Shown: positions 48,760-58,259, counted from the stretch's first letter. The stretch is 64,000 nucleotides of DNA from an uncultured SAR86 cluster bacterium (GCA_902514765.1 CABXSA010000003.1:2537-66536), one strand, 5' to 3'. Program-made: numbers and translations. Notes: generated by a model from the letters alone, not told the origin.

Positions 48760-49811
48760 CAAGCTTGCTTAACCTCGAAAACCATATTTGTTCCAGTTCG
48801 AGCTGATTCTCTAACGTGATTAAATCCTGCAGAATTCAAAACATCCGTAAGTCTTTTTGGACCGGCTTGTGCACCCAAACAAAGACCAACATCTTGAGCT
48901 CTAGAAGTAGGAACACATACGATTGTTGAGAAGCCATATGCTAAGCCTCCAAATGTATTCAAATTGTCCTCTAAATTATCCGCTGCAGCTGGCTCCACTA
49001 GCATAAATGTTCCTTCATCAGAAAGAACATTTTTTATGTGGTTGGCAACACCAATAGGATCACCCATATCATGGAGAGCATCAAAAATGCAGGCAAAATC
49101 ATATCCATTATCTGGAATTTCTCTTGCATCAGATACATGGAACTCAATATTATTTAGTCCGAGTTCCTTTGCTCTAGCACTAGCCTCCTCTATAGATGGA
49201 CCGTGAAAATCATAACCGTGAATTGTTGAGTTGGGGTAAGTCTGAGCCATGATGATAGACGTAGAACCTAGCCCGCAACCAATATCTGCGATTTTAGCAC
49301 CAGCTTTAAGCTTGTCTTCAACTCCCGTCAAGGATGGAATCCAATTGCTAACTAAATTTCCAACATAACCAGGTCTGAAAAATCTATCCGTACCGCAAAA
49401 ACAACATAGATGATGTTCTCCCCAAGGTCTTCCTTTTCCCGATTGAAAAGTTTCTACAGCTTTTTCGTGCTCTGCATATTGACCAACTATTGCTTGGAAA
49501 TAACCTTGCAAACAAGTAGGTTCACCGTCTTTGGCAAATACCGCCGCTTGTTCTGGTGAAAGAGAAAATTTATCTTCTGTTGGTTCAAAAGTAACGTAGC
49601 CATTTGCCGCATTGGAAGAAAGAAATTCTCTTAAATATCTTTCATCAAGACCTGCCTTATCTGCTATCTCTTTCACACTTGCTGGGCCTAGTTCATCCAT
49701 TGTCGTATAAACCTTAGATTGATCCCCAATGTAAGCTAGTAACAAACCGACTGCTCCTGCTGCATCGCCTATCACCTTTTGCATTAATTGACTTAATTTT
49801 TCTGCATCCAT
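48759..49811 (-). CDS. Class I SAM methyltransferase with N-terminal winged helix (Rv2258c-like)
   Basis: LDERYLRE, ADIGCGLG, FDALHDMGDP, LGAQAG. Confidence 0.85.
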   Translation of the reverse strand: MDAEKLSQLMQKVIGDAAGAVGLLLAYIGDQSKVYTTMDELGPASVKEIADKAGLDERYLREFLSSNAANGYVTFEPTEDKFSLSPEQAAVFAKDGEPTCLQGYFQAIVGQYAEHEKAVETFQSGKGRPWGEHHLCCFCGTDRFFRPGYVGNLVSNWIPSLTGVEDKLKAGAKIADIGCGLGSTSIIMAQTYPNSTIHGYDFHGPSIEEASARAKELGLNNIEFHVSDAREIPDNGYDFACIFDALHDMGDPIGVANHIKNVLSDEGTFMLVEPAAADNLEDNLNTFGGLAYGFSTIVCVPTSRAQDVGLCLGAQAGPKRLTDVLNSAGFNHVRESARTGTNMVFEVKQA

Positions 49812-49878
49812 GTTTTATCTCCTTAAAAACTCAAATAAGTGTAATCTTCAAATTTATTTCTGAAAAGAGGCTAAAAAT

Positions 49879-51048
49879 TTAATCTTCCTCGACTGAAATA
49901 TCTTTATCTAGCCAGTTTTTAAAAACCTCATTGGTGTGTTCGCCAAGAATCGGTGCGCGTTTAAATTCTTCGTCATGATTAGAAATTTTTACTGGGTTAC
50001 CAGGCATCTTTACAGTTGCGCCACTATCTTGAAGAATCTCTACGATCATATTTCTTTTCAAAAGATCTGCATCCTGAAATGTTTCCGATAGAGTATTGAT
50101 AGGGCCACATGGTACGCGATGCTCTTGTAATATTTTTAACCAGTACTCCGTTGTATTGGTGATAAAAACACCTTGCACAGCTTGATCAATAATTTCTCTA
50201 TTTTTTAAACGACCAATCCTAACTTTATTTTCTTCTGTATCCAGTTGCTTAAGATCAAGAGCTTTGATTAGGCTCGGCCAAAAATCTTCAGCAACCACTC
50301 CTATTTGAATAAAGCTATTAGAAGTTTTGTAAGAATTGAATGGTACATGATTCATGTGTTGATTCCCGATCGGTTCTGGATCTTCGCCTGAAAGAAAATG
50401 CATGGTAGCCATATATGTTAATAAGCTTACTTGTGTATCCAACATCGAAATATCCACATGCTCGCCTGAATCGTTTTTATCTCGAGACTGTAAAGCGCTT
50501 AAAATTCCAATCACAGCATAGAGTCCGGCACCTAAGTCTGCTATCGGTATGCCTGACTTAACGGGATTTTCTTTATCTGTTCCTGTGATGGACATTGCTC
50601 CAGCATAACCTTGAATGAGATTATCGTATGCCGGACGGTTGACTTCAGTATCGCCAAATCCGCTAATGGAGCAAGTAATAATTTCTGGGTTTACTTTTTT
50701 TAAGCTTTGATGATCGATACCCAGTCGCTTGGTTACTCCTTGGCTAAAATTATCTACAACCACATCTGCAACTGAAACCAATTCTTTAAATAGTTTTAAA
50801 CCTTCTTCCGCTTTAAGATCCAATTCAACGCTTTTTTTGTTTCTGCCTAAAGTTAAATGGTAAGCACCAATTCCATCCAAAGAATATTTCGGATCGTCTT
50901 TAAGAAGGTTTCTTGTAATATCTCCCGTCTTTGGCTGTTCGATTTTCACGACTTCAGCACCCAAGTCAGCCAAAATCATTGTTGTATAAGGACCCGCCAA
51001 CATGTGGGTTAAATCGAGGACTTTTATGCTTTTTAAGGACTGCTTCAA
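49879..51048 (-). CDS. Family III (CaiB/BaiF) CoA-transferase; candidate itaconate/citramalate CoA-transferase
   Basis: LDLTHMLAGP, LADLGAEVVKIE, RNKKS, AYD..IQ, P.LGEHT. Confidence 0.9.
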   Translation of the reverse strand: MKQSLKSIKVLDLTHMLAGPYTTMILADLGAEVVKIEQPKTGDITRNLLKDDPKYSLDGIGAYHLTLGRNKKSVELDLKAEEGLKLFKELVSVADVVVDNFSQGVTKRLGIDHQSLKKVNPEIITCSISGFGDTEVNRPAYDNLIQGYAGAMSITGTDKENPVKSGIPIADLGAGLYAVIGILSALQSRDKNDSGEHVDISMLDTQVSLLTYMATMHFLSGEDPEPIGNQHMNHVPFNSYKTSNSFIQIGVVAEDFWPSLIKALDLKQLDTEENKVRIGRLKNREIIDQAVQGVFITNTTEYWLKILQEHRVPCGPINTLSETFQDADLLKRNMIVEILQDSGATVKMPGNPVKISNHDEEFKRAPILGEHTNEVFKNWLDKDISVEED

Positions 51049-51049
51049 G

Positions 51050-51568
51050 TTAATAATCGATCTTATCGTCTACAGCATTTCCTTTAGTTGGAATTAAAGC
51101 TGAGCGTTTAAAAGAAGCTACAACATCACCATTTTGATTCTTGCCAAGTGTTTTTACAGTAACAATACCAGCATTTTTTCTTGATTCTGAAAGACGAGTT
51201 TCTAAGACTTCTGACTCCGCATAAAGGGTATCGCCGACAAACAATGGATGGGGTAAAACAATATCGGTCCAGCCAAGATTAGCAATGGCTTTTTGGCTGA
51301 TATCGCTAACACTCATGCCAACCATGACAGCTACTGTAAAAGTACTGTTAACCAGATTTTTTCCAAATTCAGTTGCTTTCCCATATTCCTTATCAAAATG
51401 CAAAGGGTGCGTATTCATAGTTAAAAGAGTGAACCAAGTATTATCTGATTCGGTTATGGTTCGTCCCGGACGATGTTCATAGACGTGGCCTACTTCGAAT
51501 TCTTCAAAATAACGACCGAAAGATTCTCTAAATCTATTATTCCCTAAATCTTTGCTGGACTTTGACAT
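51050..51568 (-). CDS. MaoC-family hydratase; RipB/itaconyl-CoA hydratase-like
   Basis: RFRESFGRYFEEF..G..YEHRPGRTITESDN, MNTHPLHFD, ANLGW. Confidence 0.85.
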   Translation of the reverse strand: MSKSSKDLGNNRFRESFGRYFEEFEVGHVYEHRPGRTITESDNTWFTLLTMNTHPLHFDKEYGKATEFGKNLVNSTFTVAVMVGMSVSDISQKAIANLGWTDIVLPHPLFVGDTLYAESEVLETRLSESRKNAGIVTVKTLGKNQNGDVVASFKRSALIPTKGNAVDDKIDY

Positions 51569-52399
51569 CTAGTCCTCCTTTTCTTCTTTATCTCCTAAAG
51601 ATAATTTTAATCTCATTGCTTCAGCAATGGGTTCATCGACCATTTTGCCATCTATTTTAACAGCGCCACCATCCATCTTTTGGTATTCCTCAAGAACTTT
51701 TTTAGCTTCTTCTTTTTCTTCTTTAGTTGGTTCAAAGGCATCATTGATGAAATCTATTTGTGAGGGATGAATCGCTGCTTTTCCAGTAAACCCGAGATTT
51801 TTTACCTTTTCTGCTTCTTCTTTTAGCCCTTCTTCATTATCTATGTAGAAAAAAGGCGCATCAATGGTAAACAAGTTATACATTGCGGCAGCCAAGGCAA
51901 CTTTATGTCTGGCATATAAAAGTGGTTCCCATGCTAATTTAGAACCCATGCCCGCAGAAAAATCAGCTGCTCCAAAAAATAAACCAATCACACCTTTAAA
52001 GGCTGCAATTTGAGTAACTGTATCTACCGCTCTAGGAGTTTCAATCAAAGGCACTAATTTATTTTCAAAAGCAATCATAGGAGCAAGCGTTGCCAAGAAA
52101 TCAAAGCTTTGAGTTTTAGGCAAAATAATTGCCTCAATTTGACTTTCGTAATCGGATAGAGCGTCTATATCTTGCCTACCATTTTCATTCATTGCATCGT
52201 TTACACGAATAAAGAGTGGTTTAGTAAAAACGTTCCCTTTCTTTAGCAAACCAATCAATTCTTCACGAGCTTCAATTTTTTTATTCTCAGGACACCCGTC
52301 TTCAAGATCGATAATTAATGCACTGGCATTACTGTTTAGTCCACGATCCAAACGGTCAAGAGTATGGCCTGGAATGAATAGGTTTGATTTATATCGCAT
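51569..52399 (-). CDS. CitE/HpcH-family CoA-ester lyase; RipC/citramalyl-CoA lyase-like
   Basis: IIDLEDG, LPKT, LIET, FGAAD...WEPL..AR, IDAPFF, KAAIHPSQI, DGKMVDE. Confidence 0.88.
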   Translation of the reverse strand: MRYKSNLFIPGHTLDRLDRGLNSNASALIIDLEDGCPENKKIEAREELIGLLKKGNVFTKPLFIRVNDAMNENGRQDIDALSDYESQIEAIILPKTQSFDFLATLAPMIAFENKLVPLIETPRAVDTVTQIAAFKGVIGLFFGAADFSAGMGSKLAWEPLLYARHKVALAAAMYNLFTIDAPFFYIDNEEGLKEEAEKVKNLGFTGKAAIHPSQIDFINDAFEPTKEEKEEAKKVLEEYQKMDGGAVKIDGKMVDEPIAEAMRLKLSLGDKEEKED

Positions 52400-52400
52400 G

Positions 52401-53024
52401 TTATTTCCTTTCTAAGTTAATAAGATAATCAACTACATCTAAAAGTTCGGAAGTTCCAACCTGTCGTGAAGCTGAAACTTTGTATTTTCCATTGACGATA
52501 AAAGCAGGTACACCGCGGATTTCATATTTGAGTCCAAAAGTATCTGCTCTGCGGATTTTGTTTTGCATTGCAAAAGAATTAAATAAAGATTGGTATTGAT
52601 CTTCAGGAATACCAAAGCTTGCAAAAAAAGGTTGAAGCTCTTTATCTGAAGACATCATTTTTTGATTTGCATGAATCGAGACAAAAGTATTCGAAATGAT
52701 TTCAGGTTTTTTAAAAAATTCGGCAGCATAGAATAACTTGGCATGCGTTTTAGCCATTTCATTCCAAGTAATGGGTGAACGCCAAAAATCTACATCCGCT
52801 GGGAGTTTCTTTTCCCAACTTTTAAGTTGATTTTCTAAACTGTAACAATGTCCACAACCAAACCAGAAAAATTCAATGATTTCGATTTTTTTTGAATCTC
52901 GAGTAGCAATGGGTTCAGATAAAACTTGATAATGCTTTCCTGCTTGATAATCTTCAGCAGTCAGTAAAGAACTGATTGAGAAAATAACTATTAGTAAAAG
53001 TTTTTTAGTAAAGGCCTGACACAT
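52401..53024 (-). CDS. dsbA: Thiol:disulfide oxidoreductase DsbA
   Basis: EFFWFGCGHCY, GVPAFIVNGKY; start uncertain (53024 or 53033). Confidence 0.93.
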   Translation of the reverse strand: MCQAFTKKLLLIVIFSISSLLTAEDYQAGKHYQVLSEPIATRDSKKIEIIEFFWFGCGHCYSLENQLKSWEKKLPADVDFWRSPITWNEMAKTHAKLFYAAEFFKKPEIISNTFVSIHANQKMMSSDKELQPFFASFGIPEDQYQSLFNSFAMQNKIRRADTFGLKYEIRGVPAFIVNGKYKVSASRQVGTSELLDVVDYLINLERK

Positions 53025-53646
53025 AATTAGCAACCGCCCTAATCTCCTCTATGGTAAGTCTTGTAGCTATGCCTTGCATAATCTTACCGTGTTCATCGAT
53101 AGCTCTTTCTCCAGTCTGATAAGCAATCAAACTTGTGACTACGTATTCTGCTTTCTGTCCACCAAGCATTGGGTATTGCGCCGACTCAAGACCTTTTCCA
53201 GCAGGTCCATGACAACCAGTACATGCTGGTACACCTGAATCTAAATTTCCTGCGCGATATATTTGTTGGCCTAAAGCTAAGTTAGCTTCATCCGCCTGAC
53301 TTACTTTGGTCTTTTGGCCAGCATAAAATGCAGATACGTCTCTTAAATCCTCATCGGAATAATTATTCAAAAGACCCTTCATAACCGCAATGACTCTTTC
53401 TTCGTCTCTGATGTGTTCAAGTTGTTCAAAGAGATAACTTTCTCTTTGACCGGCTAAAGTTGGCCATTGACCCACAACACTATTTCCGTCTACACCGTGA
53501 CAAGCGACACAGGTACCGACAAGTTTTGAACCTTTTTCGGCATCGCCTTTTTTCAAAGGCTTCGCTTGAGCCATTTCTCCGGCAGAAGCTGCAAAAATGC
53601 TTATGGAACTAATTAAAAGGGATAGCAGTAATAATTTTTTTATCAT
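53005..53646 (-). CDS. Di-heme cytochrome c4
   Basis: Signal peptide; CVACHG and CTGCHG; cc4-dsbA synteny. Confidence 0.93.
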   Translation of the reverse strand: MIKKLLLLSLLISSISIFAASAGEMAQAKPLKKGDAEKGSKLVGTCVACHGVDGNSVVGQWPTLAGQRESYLFEQLEHIRDEERVIAVMKGLLNNYSDEDLRDVSAFYAGQKTKVSQADEANLALGQQIYRAGNLDSGVPACTGCHGPAGKGLESAQYPMLGGQKAEYVVTSLIAYQTGERAIDEHGKIMQGIATRLTIEEIRAVANYVSGLY

Positions 53647-53719
53647 TTATTCTTTATTAACGGGCTAAATGGTTGGCAATTATATACTATAGAATATTGT
53701 TTTTCCTGATTTTAGAAGA

Positions 53720-54328
53720 ATGAGTTATAAGTCAAAACCTTTGCCTCTGACGTTTGTTTGCGCCGCAACCGAAAGCAAGCTTTTCCCTGCCGATTCAGGG
53801 AATGAAATAGCTCTTTGTGGCAGATCAAATTCCGGTAAATCTACCTTAATCAATACTCTGGCTAATCAAAAAAAATTAGCCAAAACATCCAACACTCCGG
53901 GTAGAACTCAATCCATTAATTTCTTTCATTTGGTAAATGATGAGGCAAAAAAAATCATTGATCTGCCAGGTTTTGGCTATGCCAAAGCCAGTAAGCAAGA
54001 TCAAAATGCATGGGCTAAATTGATTTTGAGTTATTTGGAGAAAAGGTCTGCTTTAACTGATTTGATCTTAATCATGGACATGCGCCATCCTTTTCAAAAC
54101 AAAGATCTTGAATTTTTAAATCTTTGTAAATCGCTAAATTTGCCGATTCATTTGGTTTTAACTAAGGCGGATAAACTCAATAACAAAGAATCCCAAACTG
54201 CTCTAAAAGTTGTCTCAGAAAAAATGGCTGACTATCCAGCCATCGTCGATTCAATCGTATTTTCTGCAACCAAAAAAATAGGTTTGGAAACTTTATTAAA
54301 TAAAACTAGACTGCTTTTAGAAGCTTAA
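53720..54328 (+). CDS. engB: Ribosome biogenesis GTPase YihA/EngB
   Basis: GRSNSGKS, TSNTPGRTQ, DLPGFG, TKADK. Confidence 0.96.
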   Translation: MSYKSKPLPLTFVCAATESKLFPADSGNEIALCGRSNSGKSTLINTLANQKKLAKTSNTPGRTQSINFFHLVNDEAKKIIDLPGFGYAKASKQDQNAWAKLILSYLEKRSALTDLILIMDMRHPFQNKDLEFLNLCKSLNLPIHLVLTKADKLNNKESQTALKVVSEKMADYPAIVDSIVFSATKKIGLETLLNKTRLLLEA

Positions 54329-54405
54329 GCCCGTCAGCAATTTTCAGGGGAGAGAGATGCTGACGGGTCATAAGGATTATGTATTTCCTTATTTTTTAGG
54401 AGAAC
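54325..54405 (-). ncRNA. Putative sigmaE-dependent sRNA at the ErsA/Spot42 position
   Basis: Downstream of a consensus sigmaE promoter. Hairpin ATAAGGA/TCCTTAT (54370-54392) and 10-bp GC stem CCCGTCAGCA/TGCTGACGGG (54330-54367) with a CU-rich loop. Ends approximate. Confidence 0.65.
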
Positions 54406-54410
54406 GTTTT

Positions 54411-54437
54411 TTAGACTGAGAATGTTGGAAAAAGTTC
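54411..54437 (-). promoter_or_regulatory. RpoE/AlgU (sigmaE) promoter GAACTT-N16-TCTAA
   Basis: Minus strand reads GAACTT tttccaacattctcag TCTAA, starting 5 nt after the polA stop. Confidence 0.75.
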
Positions 54438-54442
54438 TTGAG

Positions 54443-57148
54443 CTAGTGAGCTTCGCCCCAATTGAGAGCCAAGCCGCTTTCAACTTCCAAAGGTACGTTT
54501 AATTTAGCTGCATCCTGCATTATTTTTGAAACTTCTTGTTCGACTTTAGAAGCATCTTGCTCTTTCACTTCTAATATAACTTCATCGTGAACTTGCATGA
54601 TCATCCTCGCATCAACTTTACCCTTGGCTAACCAGTGATGAATTTCAATCATGGCAATTTTCATTATGTCAGCTGCAGTACCTTGCATGGGGGCATTGAT
54701 CGCTGCGCGCTCAGCTGCCATACGACTGCGACCGCTGTGAATGCCTGGTAAATAAAGTCGTCTGCCAAAAAAGGTTTCAACATAGCCTTTTTCTTTAGCT
54801 AATTCTTTGGTGCGTTCCATATACAACTTTACACCTGGATATTTACGAAAATAAGAATCGATATAATCTGCAGCTAAAGGTCTGGAAATATTCAAAGCTT
54901 TACTAAGACCGAAGGCTGACATACCGTAAATCAAACCAAAGTTAATCGCTTTAGCACCACGACGCTGCTCTGCAGTAACCTCCTCTCCCGGTTCGGCAAA
55001 AACTTCTGCTGCAGTTACAGAATGAATGTCTTCGCCATTTTCAAATGCCGTAATCAAACCTTTATCTTCAGAAAGATGAGCCATGATACGCAATTCAATT
55101 TGCGAATAATCAACCGCCAGTAATTGATAACCCTTGGGAGCGACAAAAGCCGTTCTGATCAGCCTGCCTTCATCGGTTTTGATTGGGATGTTTTGTAAAT
55201 TGGGATCGGCAGAAGACAACCTTCCAGTTGAAGTCACGGCCTGGTGGAAAGAGGTATGCACTCGGCCAGTTTTTTTGGATATTTGTTGCGGCAAACTATC
55301 GGTATAAGTGCTTTTCAATTTTGCCAAAGTACGATGTTCTAAAAGAATTTTTGGTAATTCGTAATGACTAGCCAATTCTTGTAAGACCGATTCATCGGTA
55401 GAGGGTTGCCCGCCAGGAGTTTTTTTCACTACCGGCAATTCCATCTCATCAAAAAAGATCGCTCTGAGATCTTTAGTAGACGCCAAGTTAAATTCTTTGC
55501 CTGCTTCTCGATAAGCCTGTTCTTCGAGGCCGCTGATGCGTTGTCCTAAATTATTGGATTGAACTTTTAACGACTCTTCATTCACTAAAGCTCCAGCCTG
55601 TTCTATATCGGAAAGCACCGGTACCAAAGGCAATTCAATTTCGTGTAAAACTTTTTCTAAAGAAGGCGTCTTTGCCAAAGCCGGTTTCAAATGGGAGTAG
55701 CAACGAAAAGTGATATCTGCATCTTCTGCTGCATAATCACTCGCTTTTTCCAAAGGTATCTGATTGAAAGTCAGTTGTTTAACGCCTTTGCCAGCGACGT
55801 CTTCAAAAGTTGTGGTTTTTACATTTAAATAATGACTCGCCATGGCATCCAAATTATGGCGGGTTGCCGTTGGATCATAGACATAAGACATCAGCATGGT
55901 GTCGTTTTCAATAGCATTCAAATGAATGTCGTAATTTGCTAAAACATTGCGATCGAATTTTAAATGTTGACCAATAAGAGGGGTGTTCTCAATGATTGGT
56001 TTGAGTTTTTTTAAAACCTCGTCTCGATTAAGTTGTTTGGGCGCACCCTCATAATCGTGACCAACTGGAATGTAGTAAGCATTATCTTCATCCGTTGCAA
56101 CTGATAAGCCCACCAAGTTGGCTTGGGTAAAATCCAAGGAATCTGTTTCGGTATCAAAAGCCAAAACTTTAGCTTTTTTCAATTCCTTTATCAGCTCATC
56201 CAATTCTTTATTGGTCAGTATGGCGCGATAATTGTCTTTTGAAACCGAGCCATTAGAGCTTGTTGCTGGAGTTTTTTTAGTTTCTGCGGTTTTTAATAAA
56301 GTTTTAAATTCCATATCAGAAAATAGCTTATGCAATTCAGCTTGATCGGTTTCCCCTACGGCTAAGTCTTCAATCCCGAAATCCAAGGTAACGTCTTTTT
56401 TAATGGTGGTTAGTTGTTGGGAAAGTTTGAGCTGCTCAATGCCTTCTCGTAAATATTCGCCAACTTTGCCGGTAATTTCTTCAGCTTTTTCAATGATGGT
56501 TTCAACCGTTCCATACTTGCCAAGCCAATTGACAGCAGTTTTGGGACCTACTTTATTTACCCCTGGAATGTTATCCGAAGTATCCCCAACAAGTGCCAAG
56601 TAATCGATGATTTGTTCTGGGGTTACGCCAAACTTTTTCTCGACGCCTTGTTGGTCCAGGACTTCATTGGTCATGGTATTCACCAATTTGATATTTTTGG
56701 TTACGAGTTGTGCCAAATCTTTGTCGCCAGTGGAAATCACAGTCGAAATACCCTTTTCTTCTGCTTGCTTGGCAAGCGTGCCAATCACATCATCTGCCTC
56801 AACGTTATCGACTACAAAAATCTTAATACCCAAGGCCTCAACAATGTCATAAATGGGTTGAATTTGTGGACGCAAATCTTCTGGCATCGGCGGTCGATTG
56901 GCTTTGTATTCTTTATACATGTCGTGGCGAAAAGTATCGCCTTTGGCATCGAAGATCATCCCAATGGGAGAATTTGGATGGTCTTCTAAAATTCGCATCA
57001 CCATAGTGGTTACTCCTCTTACAGCGCCAGTTGGCTGGCCCGTAGAAGTCGTTAAGGGCGGCAAAGCATGGTAAGCACGATATACATATGAAGATCCATC
57101 GATGAGAATAACGGAGTCGGTATCTGCGGTGCTTTCTGGTTTAGCCAT
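54443..57148 (-). CDS. polA: DNA polymerase I
   Basis: LIDGSS..YRAYH, 3'-5' exonuclease FDTET...YAAEDAD intact, TGRLSS.DPNLQNIP, DYSQIELR, QVHDE. Confidence 0.98.
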   Translation of the reverse strand: MAKPESTADTDSVILIDGSSYVYRAYHALPPLTTSTGQPTGAVRGVTTMVMRILEDHPNSPIGMIFDAKGDTFRHDMYKEYKANRPPMPEDLRPQIQPIYDIVEALGIKIFVVDNVEADDVIGTLAKQAEEKGISTVISTGDKDLAQLVTKNIKLVNTMTNEVLDQQGVEKKFGVTPEQIIDYLALVGDTSDNIPGVNKVGPKTAVNWLGKYGTVETIIEKAEEITGKVGEYLREGIEQLKLSQQLTTIKKDVTLDFGIEDLAVGETDQAELHKLFSDMEFKTLLKTAETKKTPATSSNGSVSKDNYRAILTNKELDELIKELKKAKVLAFDTETDSLDFTQANLVGLSVATDEDNAYYIPVGHDYEGAPKQLNRDEVLKKLKPIIENTPLIGQHLKFDRNVLANYDIHLNAIENDTMLMSYVYDPTATRHNLDAMASHYLNVKTTTFEDVAGKGVKQLTFNQIPLEKASDYAAEDADITFRCYSHLKPALAKTPSLEKVLHEIELPLVPVLSDIEQAGALVNEESLKVQSNNLGQRISGLEEQAYREAGKEFNLASTKDLRAIFFDEMELPVVKKTPGGQPSTDESVLQELASHYELPKILLEHRTLAKLKSTYTDSLPQQISKKTGRVHTSFHQAVTSTGRLSSADPNLQNIPIKTDEGRLIRTAFVAPKGYQLLAVDYSQIELRIMAHLSEDKGLITAFENGEDIHSVTAAEVFAEPGEEVTAEQRRGAKAINFGLIYGMSAFGLSKALNISRPLAADYIDSYFRKYPGVKLYMERTKELAKEKGYVETFFGRRLYLPGIHSGRSRMAAERAAINAPMQGTAADIMKIAMIEIHHWLAKGKVDARMIMQVHDEVILEVKEQDASKVEQEVSKIMQDAAKLNVPLEVESGLALNWGEAH

Positions 57149-57183
57149 AAAATTTTTTACCTAAATTTCGTTATACTTATACC

Positions 57184-57678
57184 ATGAATTTGCTGCAAGA
57201 AACGCGTGTTGTTTTAACTTTAATTTTGCTTGCTTGCATCGGTTTAATTGCCACTGCATTTTACATGGAATACCAACTTGGGCTCGAACCCTGCCCCATG
57301 TGTATAGTACAAAGAATAGCTGTTGCTCTAGCTGGAGCTGCCGCACTGATTGGCATCTTGCATAACAAAATAGAAAAATTTTATTTGGGACTGACCGCTT
57401 TTTTTAGTGCCGCAGGTGGCGCGTCTGCCATAAGACATTTGTACCTGCAATCACTACCGCCAGATCGTGTCCCCTCTTGTGGGCCTGATTTGAATTATTT
57501 GCTGGATAACAATTTTGTTTCTGATGCATTGATTCAATTATTTTTAGGTGATGGCAATTGTGCTGAAGTGATGTGGAGTCTTTTTGGCATATCAATACCT
57601 GGTTGGGTTTTGATTTGTTGTTCATTCATCTTTTTGCTATCACTGCGTCAACTTAAACTCGGCAGTGTCTATTCTTAG
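57184..57678 (+). CDS. dsbB: Disulfide bond formation protein DsbB
   Basis: LEPCPMCIVQR, PSCGP...GNCAEV.W. Confidence 0.93.
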   Translation: MNLLQETRVVLTLILLACIGLIATAFYMEYQLGLEPCPMCIVQRIAVALAGAAALIGILHNKIEKFYLGLTAFFSAAGGASAIRHLYLQSLPPDRVPSCGPDLNYLLDNNFVSDALIQLFLGDGNCAEVMWSLFGISIPGWVLICCSFIFLLSLRQLKLGSVYS

Positions 57679-58259
57679 TTAATTTTTTTTATATTTCCTG
57701 ATTTGAAAACTCTATACCCTGTAAATTCGACACCTGAATATTCATTTTGCAGAGACATGAAAGCTTTAAGGTTATTATTATCGTCATCAAAAAGTCTAAT
57801 TCTTGCGTAACGTTTTGTATCTAGATATTTTTTAAAAATTACCAATTTGTTTTCACTAGCTGTTTCCTTTCCAATATTACCAGCCCGTTCTACGTATACT
57901 CTCCCAATATCAATTCCTTGGGCCTTGAAAGCATCTTTGAACATTTTTTTATCGTCCATGTCCTGTCTTGCAGTAACGATGATGACTTTTGATCCTTTTT
58001 TAGTGGCAAAATAAATGATTCGTTTTGCTCTATTTAGTACTTTGGCAATAGGAGTAGAAGTTTCCATGAACATTTTTGCTGACTTGAATTGTCCATAATC
58101 AAAAGTTTCTCCTTTTTTTAATTGATAAGAGTTATATTGCTGATTATCTAAAATTTTATAAATTTTTCCATTTTTGAGAACTTGAACTTTTGCCTTAGTG
58201 TGGAATAAAGTCTCATCAATATCGAAAATAGTTAGGCCAATTCTATTTTTACTTAACAT
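57675..58259 (-). CDS. HAD-superfamily phosphatase, phage-like
   Basis: IFDIDETL (motif I), IVTAR (II), K (III), LFDD...NL (IV). Confidence 0.75.
   Translation of the reverse strand: MLSKNRIGLTIFDIDETLFHTKAKVQVLKNGKIYKILDNQQYNSYQLKKGETFDYGQFKSAKMFMETSTPIAKVLNRAKRIIYFATKKGSKVIIVTARQDMDDKKMFKDAFKAQGIDIGRVYVERAGNIGKETASENKLVIFKKYLDTKRYARIRLFDDDNNNLKAFMSLQNEYSGVEFTGYRVFKSGNIKKIN

Noticed and set aside
49812-49830. Near-complement of the sRNA 5' segment at the methyltransferase RBS (TTTTTAAGGAGA)
   Set aside because: Generic SD plus U-tract match; not specific enough to call a target
54340-54405. Plus-strand GGA motifs as a CsrB/C-like RNA
   Set aside because: Only about three GGAs, not in typical short loops, and the promoter points to the minus strand
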